Below, piece by piece: positions 1 through 8,540 of a stretch of DNA of 32,000 bases. This DNA comes from an uncultured Actinomycetota bacterium (GTDB taxonomy: Bacteria; Actinomycetota; Actinomycetes; Mycobacteriales; Jatrophihabitantaceae). The position numbers and the translations under genes were made by a program. The notes below the pieces were generated by a model. The model had not been told where the DNA came from, made no database searches, and saw only the letters and a list, made by a program, of their open reading frames with translations. Location: NCBI GenBank assembly GCA_963697905.1, contig OY969101.1, positions 2,358,347 to 2,390,346 on the forward strand, in the 5' to 3' direction. Within the stretch, counting starts at the first letter, position 1; each line of letters starts with the position of its first letter.

Positions 1-561
1 TACAAAGACGGCATCGTCAACCCGACCGAGGACGAGAATCTGGTGTGGATCACGCCGGATTCCGGCCAGCCGGACTGGGCGGTGGGCGGCACCTTCATGG
101 TGGTGCGGCTGATCAGGATGCTGGTCGAGTTCTGGGACCGGGTCGGGATTCCCGAGCAGAACGCGATCATCGGCCGCAACCGTGACAACGGCGCGCCGCT
201 GGACGGGACGAACGAGACCGACATCCCCAACTACGCCGCGGACCCGGACGGCAAGCTGATCCCGCTGGACGCGCACATCCGGCTGGCCAACCCGCGCACC
301 CCGGAGACCGACCGTAACCGGATCCTGCGTCGTGGCTACAACTACGAGATGGCCGGGATGGACCGCAACGGCAACAGCGAGACCGGCCTGGTCTTCTGCA
401 GCTTCCAGCAGAACATCCAGGACCAGTTCGAGGCCACCCAGGAGCGGCTGCTCAACGAGCCGATGACCGACTACATCCAGCCGTTCGGCGGTGGCTACTT
501 CATCGTGCTGCCGGGGGTTCCGGACTTCGGCGGCGCGCTGGGAGACAGCCTGTTCGCCTAA
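1..561 (+). CDS. efeB: Dyp-type peroxidase / EfeB family, C-terminal part (5' end lies outside the window)
   Basis: Frame 1 is open from nt 1 (YKDGIVNPTEDENLVW...) and runs into listed ORF 43..561. Dyp hallmarks recognised by eye: DAHIRLANPR, RRGYNY, GLVFCSFQ, GGGYFIVLPG. Stop TAA at 559-561. Confidence 0.85.
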   Translation, partial: YKDGIVNPTEDENLVWITPDSGQPDWAVGGTFMVVRLIRMLVEFWDRVGIPEQNAIIGRNRDNGAPLDGTNETDIPNYAADPDGKLIPLDAHIRLANPRTPETDRNRILRRGYNYEMAGMDRNGNSETGLVFCSFQQNIQDQFEATQERLLNEPMTDYIQPFGGGYFIVLPGVPDFGGALGDSLFA

Positions 562-644
562 GCAGTTCTGCTCCTGGCCCGGCTACGGCCATTCTCGAAC
601 GCTTCAGGCGTATGCCCACGAGCGGCCAGCTGGTGTCGGTATTG

Positions 645-662
645 TCTTGCTCGTGAGCAAGA
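645..662. repeat. Inverted repeat tcttgctc-gt-gagcaaga (8-bp arms, 2-nt spacer) 16 nt upstream of the nuclease gene start; possible operator
   Basis: Read directly from the sequence; the arms are exact reverse complements. The function is inferred only. Confidence 0.4.
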
Positions 663-677
663 ACGGCCCGACGGACG

Positions 678-1604
678 ATGAGTGATCTCAAGCTTTTCCG
701 CATAGATGCTGGTGTCGCTACCGAGCTGACCGGCAGCTCCGTTGCGCTCGAAAAGTCGTTGCAGGACGTGATCGAGCGCAACATGGAGACCTTGTTCGGG
801 GTTCACCTGCTCGCATCCGAGTACTCAACCGGTCCGAAGCACGGCGGCCGGCTGGATTCCCTCGGCATCGATGAGGATGGCTCGCCGGTCATCTTCGAGT
901 ACAAGCGAGCCACCAATGAGAGCGTCATCAATCAGGGGCTGTTCTACCTCGACTGGCTGCTTGATCACCGATCCGAGTTCAAGCTGCTCGTCATGGAGAA
1001 ACTCGGCGTCGATCAGGCCGAGATGATCGACTGGCGCAATCCGCGTTTGATCTGCGTCGCGAACGGTTTCACCCGATACGACGAGTACGCCGTGCAGCAG
1101 ATCAATCGCAGCATCGAACTGGTCCGCTATCGCGATTTCGAGGGTCAACTCCTCGCTCTCGAACTGGTCACCGCCGCACGCACGCCCCAGTCCTCGGCTG
1201 CCAGCGCATCGACTACGACGACACCCGGCCCGAGAGTTCCGGCAGCGTACAAGACGGTCAGCGATTACCTCGAGGCCTCGCCCGCTGCTCTGCGCGACCT
1301 CTTCGGGGAGCTCGAAAGCTTCATCGAAGCCCTTGGCGATGACGTCACCAAGAAGACGCTGAAGCAGTACTTCGCCTACCGGAGACTGAAGAACTTCGCG
1401 TGCGTCGAGGTGCACCCACAAACCCAGAACCTGCTGATCTTTCTCAAGGTTGATCCCTCGACCATCGTCATCGAACCTGGCTTCAGCCGGGATGTCAGCA
1501 AGATCGGACACTTCGGTACCGGCGATCTCGAACTGCGGGTCGCCGACCATGCCCAACTCGAACGTGCGTTGCCCCTGGTCTCTGCCAGCTACGAACTCAG
1601 CTAG
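678..1604 (+). CDS. NucS/DUF91-like PD-(D/E)xK nuclease-domain protein with DUF5655-like C-terminal domain
   Basis: Intact 308-aa ORF. The N-terminal half has a nuclease-like core, LGIDEDGSPVIFEYKR (D...E-x-K). The C-terminal half (YFAYRRLKNFACVEVHPQ...LLIFLKVDP) resembles DUF5655 from memory. Composition is visibly less GC-rich than the neighbours. Confidence 0.6.
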   Translation: MSDLKLFRIDAGVATELTGSSVALEKSLQDVIERNMETLFGVHLLASEYSTGPKHGGRLDSLGIDEDGSPVIFEYKRATNESVINQGLFYLDWLLDHRSEFKLLVMEKLGVDQAEMIDWRNPRLICVANGFTRYDEYAVQQINRSIELVRYRDFEGQLLALELVTAARTPQSSAASASTTTTPGPRVPAAYKTVSDYLEASPAALRDLFGELESFIEALGDDVTKKTLKQYFAYRRLKNFACVEVHPQTQNLLIFLKVDPSTIVIEPGFSRDVSKIGHFGTGDLELRVADHAQLERALPLVSASYELS

Positions 1605-1611
1605 TCCACTT

Positions 1612-1740
1612 TCAGCTGCGCTCGGACCGGCGGACCAACTCCCGGGCCGCCGCGCGCACCTCGGTCGCGATCGACTGCGCATCCGCGGTACGCAACTCCT
1701 CGGCCAGCCCGCAGTGCTCGTGGGAGGCCACGTTACCCGC
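1612..1740 (-). pseudogene. Remnant of the 3' end of an amidohydrolase (8-oxoguanine-deaminase-like) gene, paralogous to CDS 27435..28796
   Basis: nt 1628-1698 align with 27451-27521 (65/71 identical by hand alignment). nt 1696-1732 align with 27801-27837 (33/37). The translation NVASHEHCGLAEELRTADAQSIATEVRAAARELVRRSERS* parallels VASNEHSRLAEELR...AELRTADAKSIATEARAAARELVRRADAG* of the full gene. The intervening 279 nt are missing in frame. Confidence 0.75.
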
Positions 1741-2545
1741 GAGCCTCCGGCGGCCGCCCGGATCCGTCCAGCCAGTCGTGCCAGGCGGCCAGCCCGGTGC
1801 CGACGGTCGCCGAGACCGGCAGCACCTGGACGGTCGGGTTGAGCAAAGCGAGGTCGCGCCGGAACCGGTCGGGGTCGAAATCGACATAGGGCAGCAGGTC
1901 GATCTTGTTCAGCAGCACCAGATCGGCGGTACGGAAGATGTGCGGGTACTTCAGTGGCTTGTCCGCACCCTCGGTCACCGAGAGAACCACCACCCGGCCG
2001 CTTTCGCCGAGGTCGAACAGGGCGGGGCAAACCAGATTGCCCACGTTCTCGATGAGCACCAGCCCGTTCGGATCGAGTGCTCGCAACGCGTCGGCCACCA
2101 TCGAGGCGTCGAGGTGGCAGCCGCTGCCGGTGTTGACCTGCAGCACCCGGACTCCCGTCTCGGCAATCCGTTCGGCGTCGAAGGTGGTTTCCTGATCGCC
2201 CTCGATCACGCAGATCGGCAGCCGGTCACCGAGTTCCCGGATGGCCCGTACCAGCAGGGTTGTCTTGCCGGCGCCGGGTGAGCTCATCAGGTTGATCGCG
2301 CGCACCCCGGCCGCGGCGAGCCATTCCCGGTTGGCGGCGGCCAGCTGATCGTTGCCGGCCAGCACCCGCTGTTCCAAGGTCAGCGTGTGGGTTCTGCCGA
2401 CGTGGGAATGCTCGGGTACATGCTCATGGTCGTGCGGATGCTCATGGTCGTGCGAATGCGGATGCTCCTGGTCGTGCGGGTGCTCATGGCCCACCTCGAC
2501 CAGCCGCACCCCGTCCGGGTCGGAACAGCCGCAGGTCGCGCACAT
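1733..2545 (-). CDS. hypB: Hydrogenase nickel-incorporation GTPase HypB
   Basis: 270-aa ORF with an N-terminal CxxCGC motif (MCATCGCS) and a His-rich tract (HEHPHDQEHPHSHDHEHPHDHEH). P-loop SSPGAGKTTLL and LNKIDL GTPase motif are present. The start abuts the hypA stop (2545/2546). Confidence 0.95.
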   Translation of the reverse strand: MCATCGCSDPDGVRLVEVGHEHPHDQEHPHSHDHEHPHDHEHVPEHSHVGRTHTLTLEQRVLAGNDQLAAANREWLAAAGVRAINLMSSPGAGKTTLLVRAIRELGDRLPICVIEGDQETTFDAERIAETGVRVLQVNTGSGCHLDASMVADALRALDPNGLVLIENVGNLVCPALFDLGESGRVVVLSVTEGADKPLKYPHIFRTADLVLLNKIDLLPYVDFDPDRFRRDLALLNPTVQVLPVSATVGTGLAAWHDWLDGSGRPPEARG

Positions 2546-2878
2546 CTAGCTCATCACCTCCACCGACATGATCCGCAGCTCGTCCCCCTCGACGACGGTG
2601 ACGTCGGCACTGCCGCACGGGCAGAGCAGGATCAGGTCGCTCAGTGCGAATTCCTGACCGCACTCGGCGCACTGGGCCAGTCCGGACGGTTCCTCGATGT
2701 CGAGCTGCGCGCCGTCCAGCGTGGTGCCCTGCACCGCCAGCCCGAAGCAGAATCGCAACGAGTCCGCGGAGACGCCTGACAGCTTGCCGATCCGAAGCCG
2801 CACCTCCGCGACGCGGCGCTGGCCGGTTCGGCTGGTAACCGTTTCGACGACGCTCTCCGCGATGGCCAGTTCGTGCAT
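2546..2878 (-). CDS. hypA: Hydrogenase nickel insertion protein HypA
   Basis: Within ORF 2546..2956 the canonical start MHELAIAESVV maps to ATG at 2878-2876. Zn-site CxxC pairs are present (CAECGQ...CPCGS). I prefer the shorter start over the listed 136-aa ORF. Confidence 0.9.
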   Translation of the reverse strand: MHELAIAESVVETVTSRTGQRRVAEVRLRIGKLSGVSADSLRFCFGLAVQGTTLDGAQLDIEEPSGLAQCAECGQEFALSDLILLCPCGSADVTVVEGDELRIMSVEVMS

Positions 2879-2992
2879 CCGACCCACCGCCTTCCGCTGA
2901 TGGAAATCCACCCGGGGTGTCTGCCCACTCCATGAGCTGCGCCAATCAGGAGACATACCCTAGGCGCATCCGCCCCGGATGTCTGCCTCCGC

Positions 2993-3514
2993 TCAACCGG
3001 GCGGCATCGGGCCGAACACGTCGCTGACCCGGCGGACATCGCGCAACCGCGGTTCGGTCTGGCCGTTTACCCAGCGGCTGACCGTGCGCACCGACACCCC
3101 GAGCTGGCGCGCCGCCGCCTCCTGCGACAGGCCCTGTTGGCGCAGCACCTCGGCCAACCAGGTCGCGAAGGAGCCGGTGACCGGCGCCCGCCAGCCCTGG
3201 GTGCCCGCCTCCGGCGCCGCGGCCGAGAGCACCTCCACCTCGGCCTCGCCGGGAAACAGCCGCACCACCACCACGAACGATCCGATGCTGGGATCGGCGG
3301 CCGCCAGCAGCGCGGAGTTGATCGCCTGGGTGATCTCGGCATGCGGCGCCGCCTCAACCGCGGCCGAGGAAAGCGCGGAGCGGACGAAGGCGTGCGCATC
3401 CGGCAACGAGGACGGCCGCGCCGGAAAGCTCTGGGTCAGCACCACCACGGGGAGCACATCGACCTCGACGGGCTCAACCGGCTGCCCAGGATGGCTCGCC
3501 TGCTCGCGCGCCAT
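2993..3514 (-). CDS. XRE-type HTH transcriptional regulator with an N-terminal domain of unclear type (possibly degenerate RsbW/SpoIIAB-like)
   Basis: The C terminus LSQEAAARQLGVSVRTVSRWVNGQTEPR is a typical HTH_XRE motif. I chose the start at MAREQASH (3514); the upstream part of ORF 2993..3652 looks non-coding. It lies divergent to hhyS and upstream of hypA-hypB. Confidence 0.6.
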   Translation of the reverse strand: MAREQASHPGQPVEPVEVDVLPVVVLTQSFPARPSSLPDAHAFVRSALSSAAVEAAPHAEITQAINSALLAAADPSIGSFVVVVRLFPGEAEVEVLSAAAPEAGTQGWRAPVTGSFATWLAEVLRQQGLSQEAAARQLGVSVRTVSRWVNGQTEPRLRDVRRVSDVFGPMPPG

Positions 3515-3797
3515 GACCGCTCCACGCGTTCCGCACGCGACCTTGCCGCGCGACGACAGTAGCGCCGAGCCTAGCCCGTGCACGCAACAAGCCGGGGCTG
3601 CCGTTGTGCTGGAATCCGGGAATCTGGGAATCGGCCTGAACTGACCTGTCACAAGTGTCGCAGCGATCTAGGCGCGCTCGCCCGACCGTCCTAGCCTGGC
3701 AGGGGAAACAGCGGCTGTCGTTGGACGAGCTCGCGCCACAGATGTCTTGACGCAAACCCGAACGCGCCGCCGTCGGCCGATACGGAGGGGTGTCGCC

Positions 3798-4876
3798 ATG
3801 ACAACTGTGTCAGCAGCCGAGGAGAGCGTCGAGACCCCCGTCCTGCACGTGCTCTGGATCAACGCCGGCCTCAGCTGCGACGGTGACTCGGTCTCGCTGA
3901 CCGCGGCCACCCAGCCCAGCATCGAGGAGATCGTGCTCGGTGCGCTGCCAGGGCTGCCCAACATCCAGGTGCACTGGCCGCTGATCGATTTCGAGTGCGG
4001 ACCGGAGACCGGCGCCGACACCTTCATCGAATGGTGGTGGAAGGCCGACCGTGGCGAGCTGGAGCCGTTCGTGCTGGTGGTCGAGGGCTCGATTCCCAAC
4101 GAGTCGATCAAGTCCGAGGGGTACTGGTCCGGCTTCGGCAACAACCCGGCCACCGGGCAGCCGGTGACCACCAGCGAGTGGCTGGACCGGCTGTCGTCCA
4201 AGGCGACCGCGATCATCGCGGTCGGCACCTGCGCCACCTACGGCGGCATCCACGCGATGGCCGGCAACCCGACCGGCGCGATGGGCGTGCCGGATTACCT
4301 TGGCTGGCACTGGAAATCCAAGGCCGGCCTGCCGATCGTCTGCGTCCCGGGCTGCCCGATCCAGCCGGACAACCTGTCCGAGACCTTGGTCTACCTGCTC
4401 TACCAGGTGGCCGGCCAGGCGCCGATGATCCCGCTCGACGACGCGCTGCGGCCGACCTGGCTGTTCGGTGAGACAGTGCACGAGGGCTGCGACCGCGGCG
4501 GCTACTACGAGCAGGGCCAGTTCGCCACCGAGTACGGCAAGCCGACCTGCCTGGTGAAGCTGGGTTGCTGGGGTCCGGTTGTCAAGTGCAACGTCACCAA
4601 GCGCGGCTGGATGGACGGCATCGGCGGCTGTCCCAACGTCGGCGGCATCTGCATCGGCTGCACGATGCCCGGTTTCCCCGACAAGTTCATGCCATTCATG
4701 GACGAGCCGCCCGGTGCCAAGGTGTCGTCCGCCGCGAGTGCGGCGTACGGAACGGTGGTTCGGCGGCTGCGCGACCATCACCGACCAACACGGTCGACAA
4801 GGAACCGAAGTGGCGGCACACCGGCCGCGAACTGACCACCGGCTACCAGCCGCAACTGGTAGGGGAAGCGCGATGA
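3798..4876 (+). pseudogene. hhyS: [NiFe]-hydrogenase small subunit, group 1h (HhyS), no Tat signal; frame interrupted near the 3' end
   Basis: ATG at 3798 is preceded by ggagggg (3784-3790). Sequence MTTVSAAEESVETPVLHVLWINAGLSCDGDS, GTCATYGG, VPGCP and ICIGCTMPGFPDKF carry the FeS-ligand motifs. After ...YGTVVRRLR (about 4770) the conserved tail TVDKEPKWRHTGRELTTGYQPQLVGEAR* continues in another frame (listed ORF 4565..4876). It ends in a TGA overlapping the hhyL ATG (4873). Confidence 0.85.
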
Positions 4877-6678
4877 CCAAGATCCAGGACGCGCCGAGCA
4901 CGCCGCAGCATGCCGACAGCGATGTCGTGGAGATGGCGTGGGATCCGATCACCCGGATCGTCGGCAGCCTCGGCATCTACGCCAGCATCGACTTCAAGCA
5001 GAAGATCGTGCAGCGAGTGCCACAGCACCTCGTCGATCTTCCGCGGCTACAGCATCTTCATGAAGGGCAAGGATCCGCGCGACGCGCACTTCATCACCAG
5101 CCGGATCTGCGGGATCTGCGGTGACAACCACGCGACCTGCTCGGTCTATACGCAGAACATGGCCTACGGCGTCGCCCCGCCGCACCTCGGCGAGTGGATC
5201 ATCAACTGCGGCGAGGCCGCGGAGTACATGTTCGACCACAACATCTTCCAGGAGAACCTGGTCGGCGTGGACTACTGCGAGCGGATGGTCGGCGAGACCA
5301 ACCCGGGCGTGCTGGAGCTGGCCAACAACACCGAGGCACCGCACGCGGCCGAGCACGGGTACAAGACCATCGGCGACATCATGCGCTCGCTCAACCCGCT
5401 CGAGGGTGACTTCTACCGCGAAGCGCTGCAGGTCAGCCGCTATACCCGGGAGATGTTCTGCCTGATGGAGGGCCGGCACGTCCACCCGTCCACGCTGTAC
5501 CCGGGCGGCGTCGGCACGGTCGCGACGGTGCAGCTCTTCACCGACTACCTGACTCGGCTGATGCGCTACATCGAGTTCCTGAAGAAGGTCGTGCCGCTGC
5601 ACGACGACCTGTTCGACTTCTTCTACGAGGCGCTGCCCGGCTACGAGCACGTCGGCGAGCGGCGGATCCTGCTCGGCTGCTGGGGCAGCCTGAACGATCC
5701 CGGCGTACTGCGATTTCAAGTACGAGCACATGACCGACTGGGGCCGGCGGATGTTCGTCACGCCGGGCATCGTCGTCGACGGCAAGCTGGTCACCAACGA
5801 CCTCGTCGACATCAACCTCGGCATGCGGATCCTGCTCGGCCACTCCTTCTACGACGACTGGGAGGGCGCCGGCCACGAGGAGTTCGTCGAACGCGATCCG
5901 TTGGGCAACCCGGTCGACGTGCGGCATCCGTGGAACCAGCACACGCTGCCCAAGCCGGCCAAGCGCGACTTCGACAAGGCCTACAGCTGGACGATGTCGC
6001 CGCGCTGGTTCGACGGCAACGACCACCTCGCGCTCGACACCGGCGGCGGCCCGATCGCGCGGCTGTGGTCGACCGCGCTGTCCGGCCTGGTCGACATCGG
6101 CGGCTACGTGAAGGCGACCGGGCACAGCGTGCAGTTCAACCTGCCGAAGACCGCGCTCAAGCCGGCGGTGAGCTACGAGTGGAAGATCCCGCAGTGGAGC
6201 AACGCCATCGAGCGCAACCGGGCCCGCACCTACTTCCAGGTGTACGCCGCTGCCGCCGCGCTGCACTTCGTCGAGATGGGGCTGGCCGAGGTACGCGCCG
6301 GCCGCACCGACACCTGGACGCCGTTCACCGTGCCGGACGAGGCGATCGCGGTCGGCTTCACCGAGGCGGTGCGCGGCGTGCTCAGCCACCACATGGTGAT
6401 CCGCGACGGCAAGATCGCGAACTACCACCCGTACCCGCCGACACCGTGGAACGGCAGCGTGCGCGACAGCTACGGCACCCCGGGTCCGTACGAGGACGCG
6501 GTGCAGAACACGCCGATCTTCGAGGAGAATCCGCCCGACCGGTTCAAGGGCATCGACATCATGCGCGCGGTGCGCAGCTTCGACCCGTGCCTGCCGTGCG
6601 GGGTGCACATGTACACCGGCAACGGCTCGTCGGTGCCGCCAGGTGCACTCGCCGGCCATCGCCGTCAAGCCGTACTGA
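4873..6678 (+). pseudogene. hhyL: [NiFe]-hydrogenase large subunit, group 1h (HhyL); three 1-nt frame changes
   Basis: The reading path uses three listed ORFs. MTKIQD...IDFKQKIVQ is in the frame of ORF 4579..5124. ECHSTSSIFRGYS...RICGICGDNHA...GSLNDP is in the frame of ORF 4910..7315. AYCDFKYEHMTDWGRR...DPCLPCGVHMYTGNGSSV is in the frame of ORF 5730..6815. The last segment, RQVHSPAIAVKPY*, stops at TGA 6676-6678. Switches fall near 5014, 5700 and 6636. The L1 and L2 Ni-binding motifs are intact. Confidence 0.9.
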
Positions 6679-7241
6679 TGACCGGACGTACGACGAACTG
6701 CCCGGCCGCATCGAGGCGCTGCTGGACGACCTCGCCGCCACCGGCGACCAGCGGGTGGCCGAGGCCGCCGAGGAACTCGTCGCGGCGGTGGTCGGGCTCT
6801 ACGGCGAGGGGCTGACCCGGGTCGATCGACGCTGCTGGCGGCGGCGCCGAACGGGCCGGCGCTGCTGCGCGGCCTGGCCGAGGACGATCTGGTCGGCAAC
6901 CTGCTGCTGCTGCACGGGCTGCATCCGGACGACGCCGACGACCCGGATCCAGCAGGCACTGGACCGGGTGCGGCCCTACCTCGGCGCGCACGCCGGCGGC
7001 ATCGACTATCTCGGCATCGACGCCGACGGCGTCGCCCACCTGCGGCTGGAGGGCAGCTGCGACGGCTGCGCCGGATCGGCGGCGACCGTTCACACGGCCG
7101 TCGAGCGCGCCGTGCTGGAGGCCGCGCCCGAGGTGCGGGCGATCGAGGTCGAGGGCATGGTGGCACCGCCCGACGCCGTCGCCGTTGCTGCAGATCGAGC
7201 TGCGCTGCCCGGACGGCCTGGCCGAGGCGGTCGGCGGATGA
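6678..7241 (+). pseudogene. NifU C-terminal-domain-like Fe-S protein of the hydrogenase cluster (possibly HhyE-like); about 4 frame changes
   Basis: ATG at 6678 overlaps the hhyL stop (TGATG). Recognisable segments: YDELPGRIEALLDDLAATGDQRVAEAAEELVAAVVGLYGEGLTRV; LLAAAPNGPALLRGLAEDDLVGNLLLLHGLHPDD; RIQQALDRVRPYLGAHAGGIDYLGIDADGVAHLRLEGSCDGCAGSAATV...IEVEGMV; PLLQIELRCPDGLAEAVGG*. Switches fall near 6682, 6826, 6942 and 7175. Confidence 0.75.
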
Positions 7242-7903
7242 CGGCGCATCACCGGCGATCCGTTCGGCGTGCTGCGCCGGGTGATGCAGCCGCGCCAGCG
7301 ACCGCGGCCGGGTGAGGCGTGCGAGATGTGCGGCGAGCCGATCAGCCGAGCACAGCCACGTCGCGAGCCTGAGCGAGCGGCGGCTGCTGTGCACCTGCCG
7401 CGCCTGCTACCTGCTGTTCACCGCGCAGGGCGCCGGCGGCCGGCGGCTGCGGGCAGTGCCCGAGCGCTACCGAGAGGCCGACCGAGTTCGCGTTCAGCCA
7501 GGCGCAGTGGGACGACCTGGCCATCCCGGTCGGATCTGGTCTTCCTGTTCCAGCAGAGCGATGCCGAGGATCCAGACCGGCCGCGGTCAAGCTGGTCGCC
7601 TGCTACCCGAGCCCGGCCGGCGCGACCGAGTCGGAGCTCGATCTCGGTCCGCCTGGACCGAGATCGCGGCGGCCAACCCGGTGCTGGCCGACCTCGAGAC
7701 CGACGTCGAGGCGGTACTGCGTGCGCCGGCACGACGAGCGGCAGCTTCACCTGCCTGCGTGGTGCCGATCGACGCCTGTTACGAGCTGGTCGGAGTGGTC
7801 CGCCAGTCACTGGCGCGGCTTCCAGGGCGGCGACCGAGGTGTGGCAGCCGGATCGACGACTTCTTCGCCGACCTGCGGCGTCGAGCCGCCGGGAACGCGC
7901 TGA
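7238..7903 (+). pseudogene. Conserved hydrogenase-cluster protein with two CxxC pairs (DUF5947-like from memory); about 10 frame changes
   Basis: ATG at 7238 overlaps the previous stop (ATGA). Segments seen across frames: GDPFGVLRRVMQPRQRPRPGEACEMCGEPIS; EHSHVASLSERRLLCTCRACYLLFTAQGAGGRRLRAVPERY; TEFAFSQAQWDDLAIPV; LVFLFQQSDAE; AAVKLVACYPSPAGATESELDLG; WTEIAAANPVLADLETDVEAVL...VVPIDACYELVGVVRQ; HWRGFQGGD; EVWQ; RIDDFFADLRR. The TGA at 7901-7903 is followed directly by the next ATG. Confidence 0.7.
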
Positions 7904-8540
7904 ATGGCCGAGCTCGACTTCGCCTGCACCGGCGCGCAGCCGGACTCGGCGCGGCCGCCGCGCCGACGATCGCGCTGCGGCTGCGGATCACCGAGTCGAG
8001 CGGGCACACCGGTGCACGCGATCGCGTTGCGCTGCCAGATCCGGATCGAGCCGCTCCGCCGTCGCTACGACGACAGCGAAGCCGACGCGCTGCGCGACCT
8101 GTTCGGCGAGCGGGCACGCTGGGGCGACACGCTCAAGCCGCTGCAGCTGGCGTTCGTCAACGCAGGTCGGTGCCGAGCTTCGCTGAGCACGATCGACATC
8201 GACCTGCCGCTGCCGTGCAGCTACGACTTCGACGTCGCGGCGAACAAGTACCTCTACGCCCTGGACGACGGCGAGGTGCCGCTGCTGCTGCTGTTCAGCG
8301 GCACCGTCTTCACCACTGGCGCGAACGGTTTCTCGGTGGCGCCGATCCCTGGCACAAGGAGGCCAGGTTCCGGCTGCCCGTGCGGGTTTGGCAGCAGACC
8401 ATGCAGCTGCACTTCCCCGGCACCGCGTGGCTGCGGCTGGACCGAGGACAGCTTCGACGCGCTCACCGCTACCGGGCTCGCACGATCAGCTCAGCTGGGA
8501 TGAGGCGATCGAGCGGCTGCTCAAGGAGGCCGGCGAATGA
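7904..8540 (+). pseudogene. Conserved hydrogenase-cluster protein (DUF6084-like from memory); about 8 frame changes
   Basis: Segments: MAELDFACTGAQPDS; AAAPTIALRLRITESSGHT; VHAIALRCQIRIEPLRRRYDDSEADALRDLFGERARWGDTLKPLQLAFVN; VPSFAE; TIDIDLPLPCSYDFDVAANKYLYALDDGEVPLLLLFSGTVFTTGANGFSVAPIP; WHKEARFRLPVRVWQQTMQLHFPGTAWLRLDR; SFDALT; RYRAR; HDQLSWDEAIERLLKEAGE*. The stop at 8538-8540 overlaps the next ATG at 8537. Confidence 0.7.

Noticed and set aside
825-2030. 401-aa minus-strand ORF. Similar long ORFs include 5538..7394 (-), 11994..14054 (-), 14113..15513 (+), 13274..14377 (+), 27382..28188 (-), 27401..28177 (+) and 3810..4976 (-).
   Set aside because: They are extremely Arg/Pro/Gly/Ala-rich with no recognisable motifs. 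Each overlaps a gene with clear family signatures in another frame or strand. These are typical stop-poor shadow ORFs of high-GC DNA.
3747-3752. TTGACG as the -35 element of an hhyS promoter
   Set aside because: There is no acceptable TAnnnT hexamer 16-19 nt downstream. A promoter call would be guesswork without transcript mapping.
4910-7315. 801-aa ORF that looks like one large gene
   Set aside because: Only about aa 35-265 (ECHSTSS...GSLNDP) and some later patches (NifU-like segments) are real protein sequence. The rest is out-of-frame read-through of hhyL and the next gene. It is a chimera created by the frame changes.
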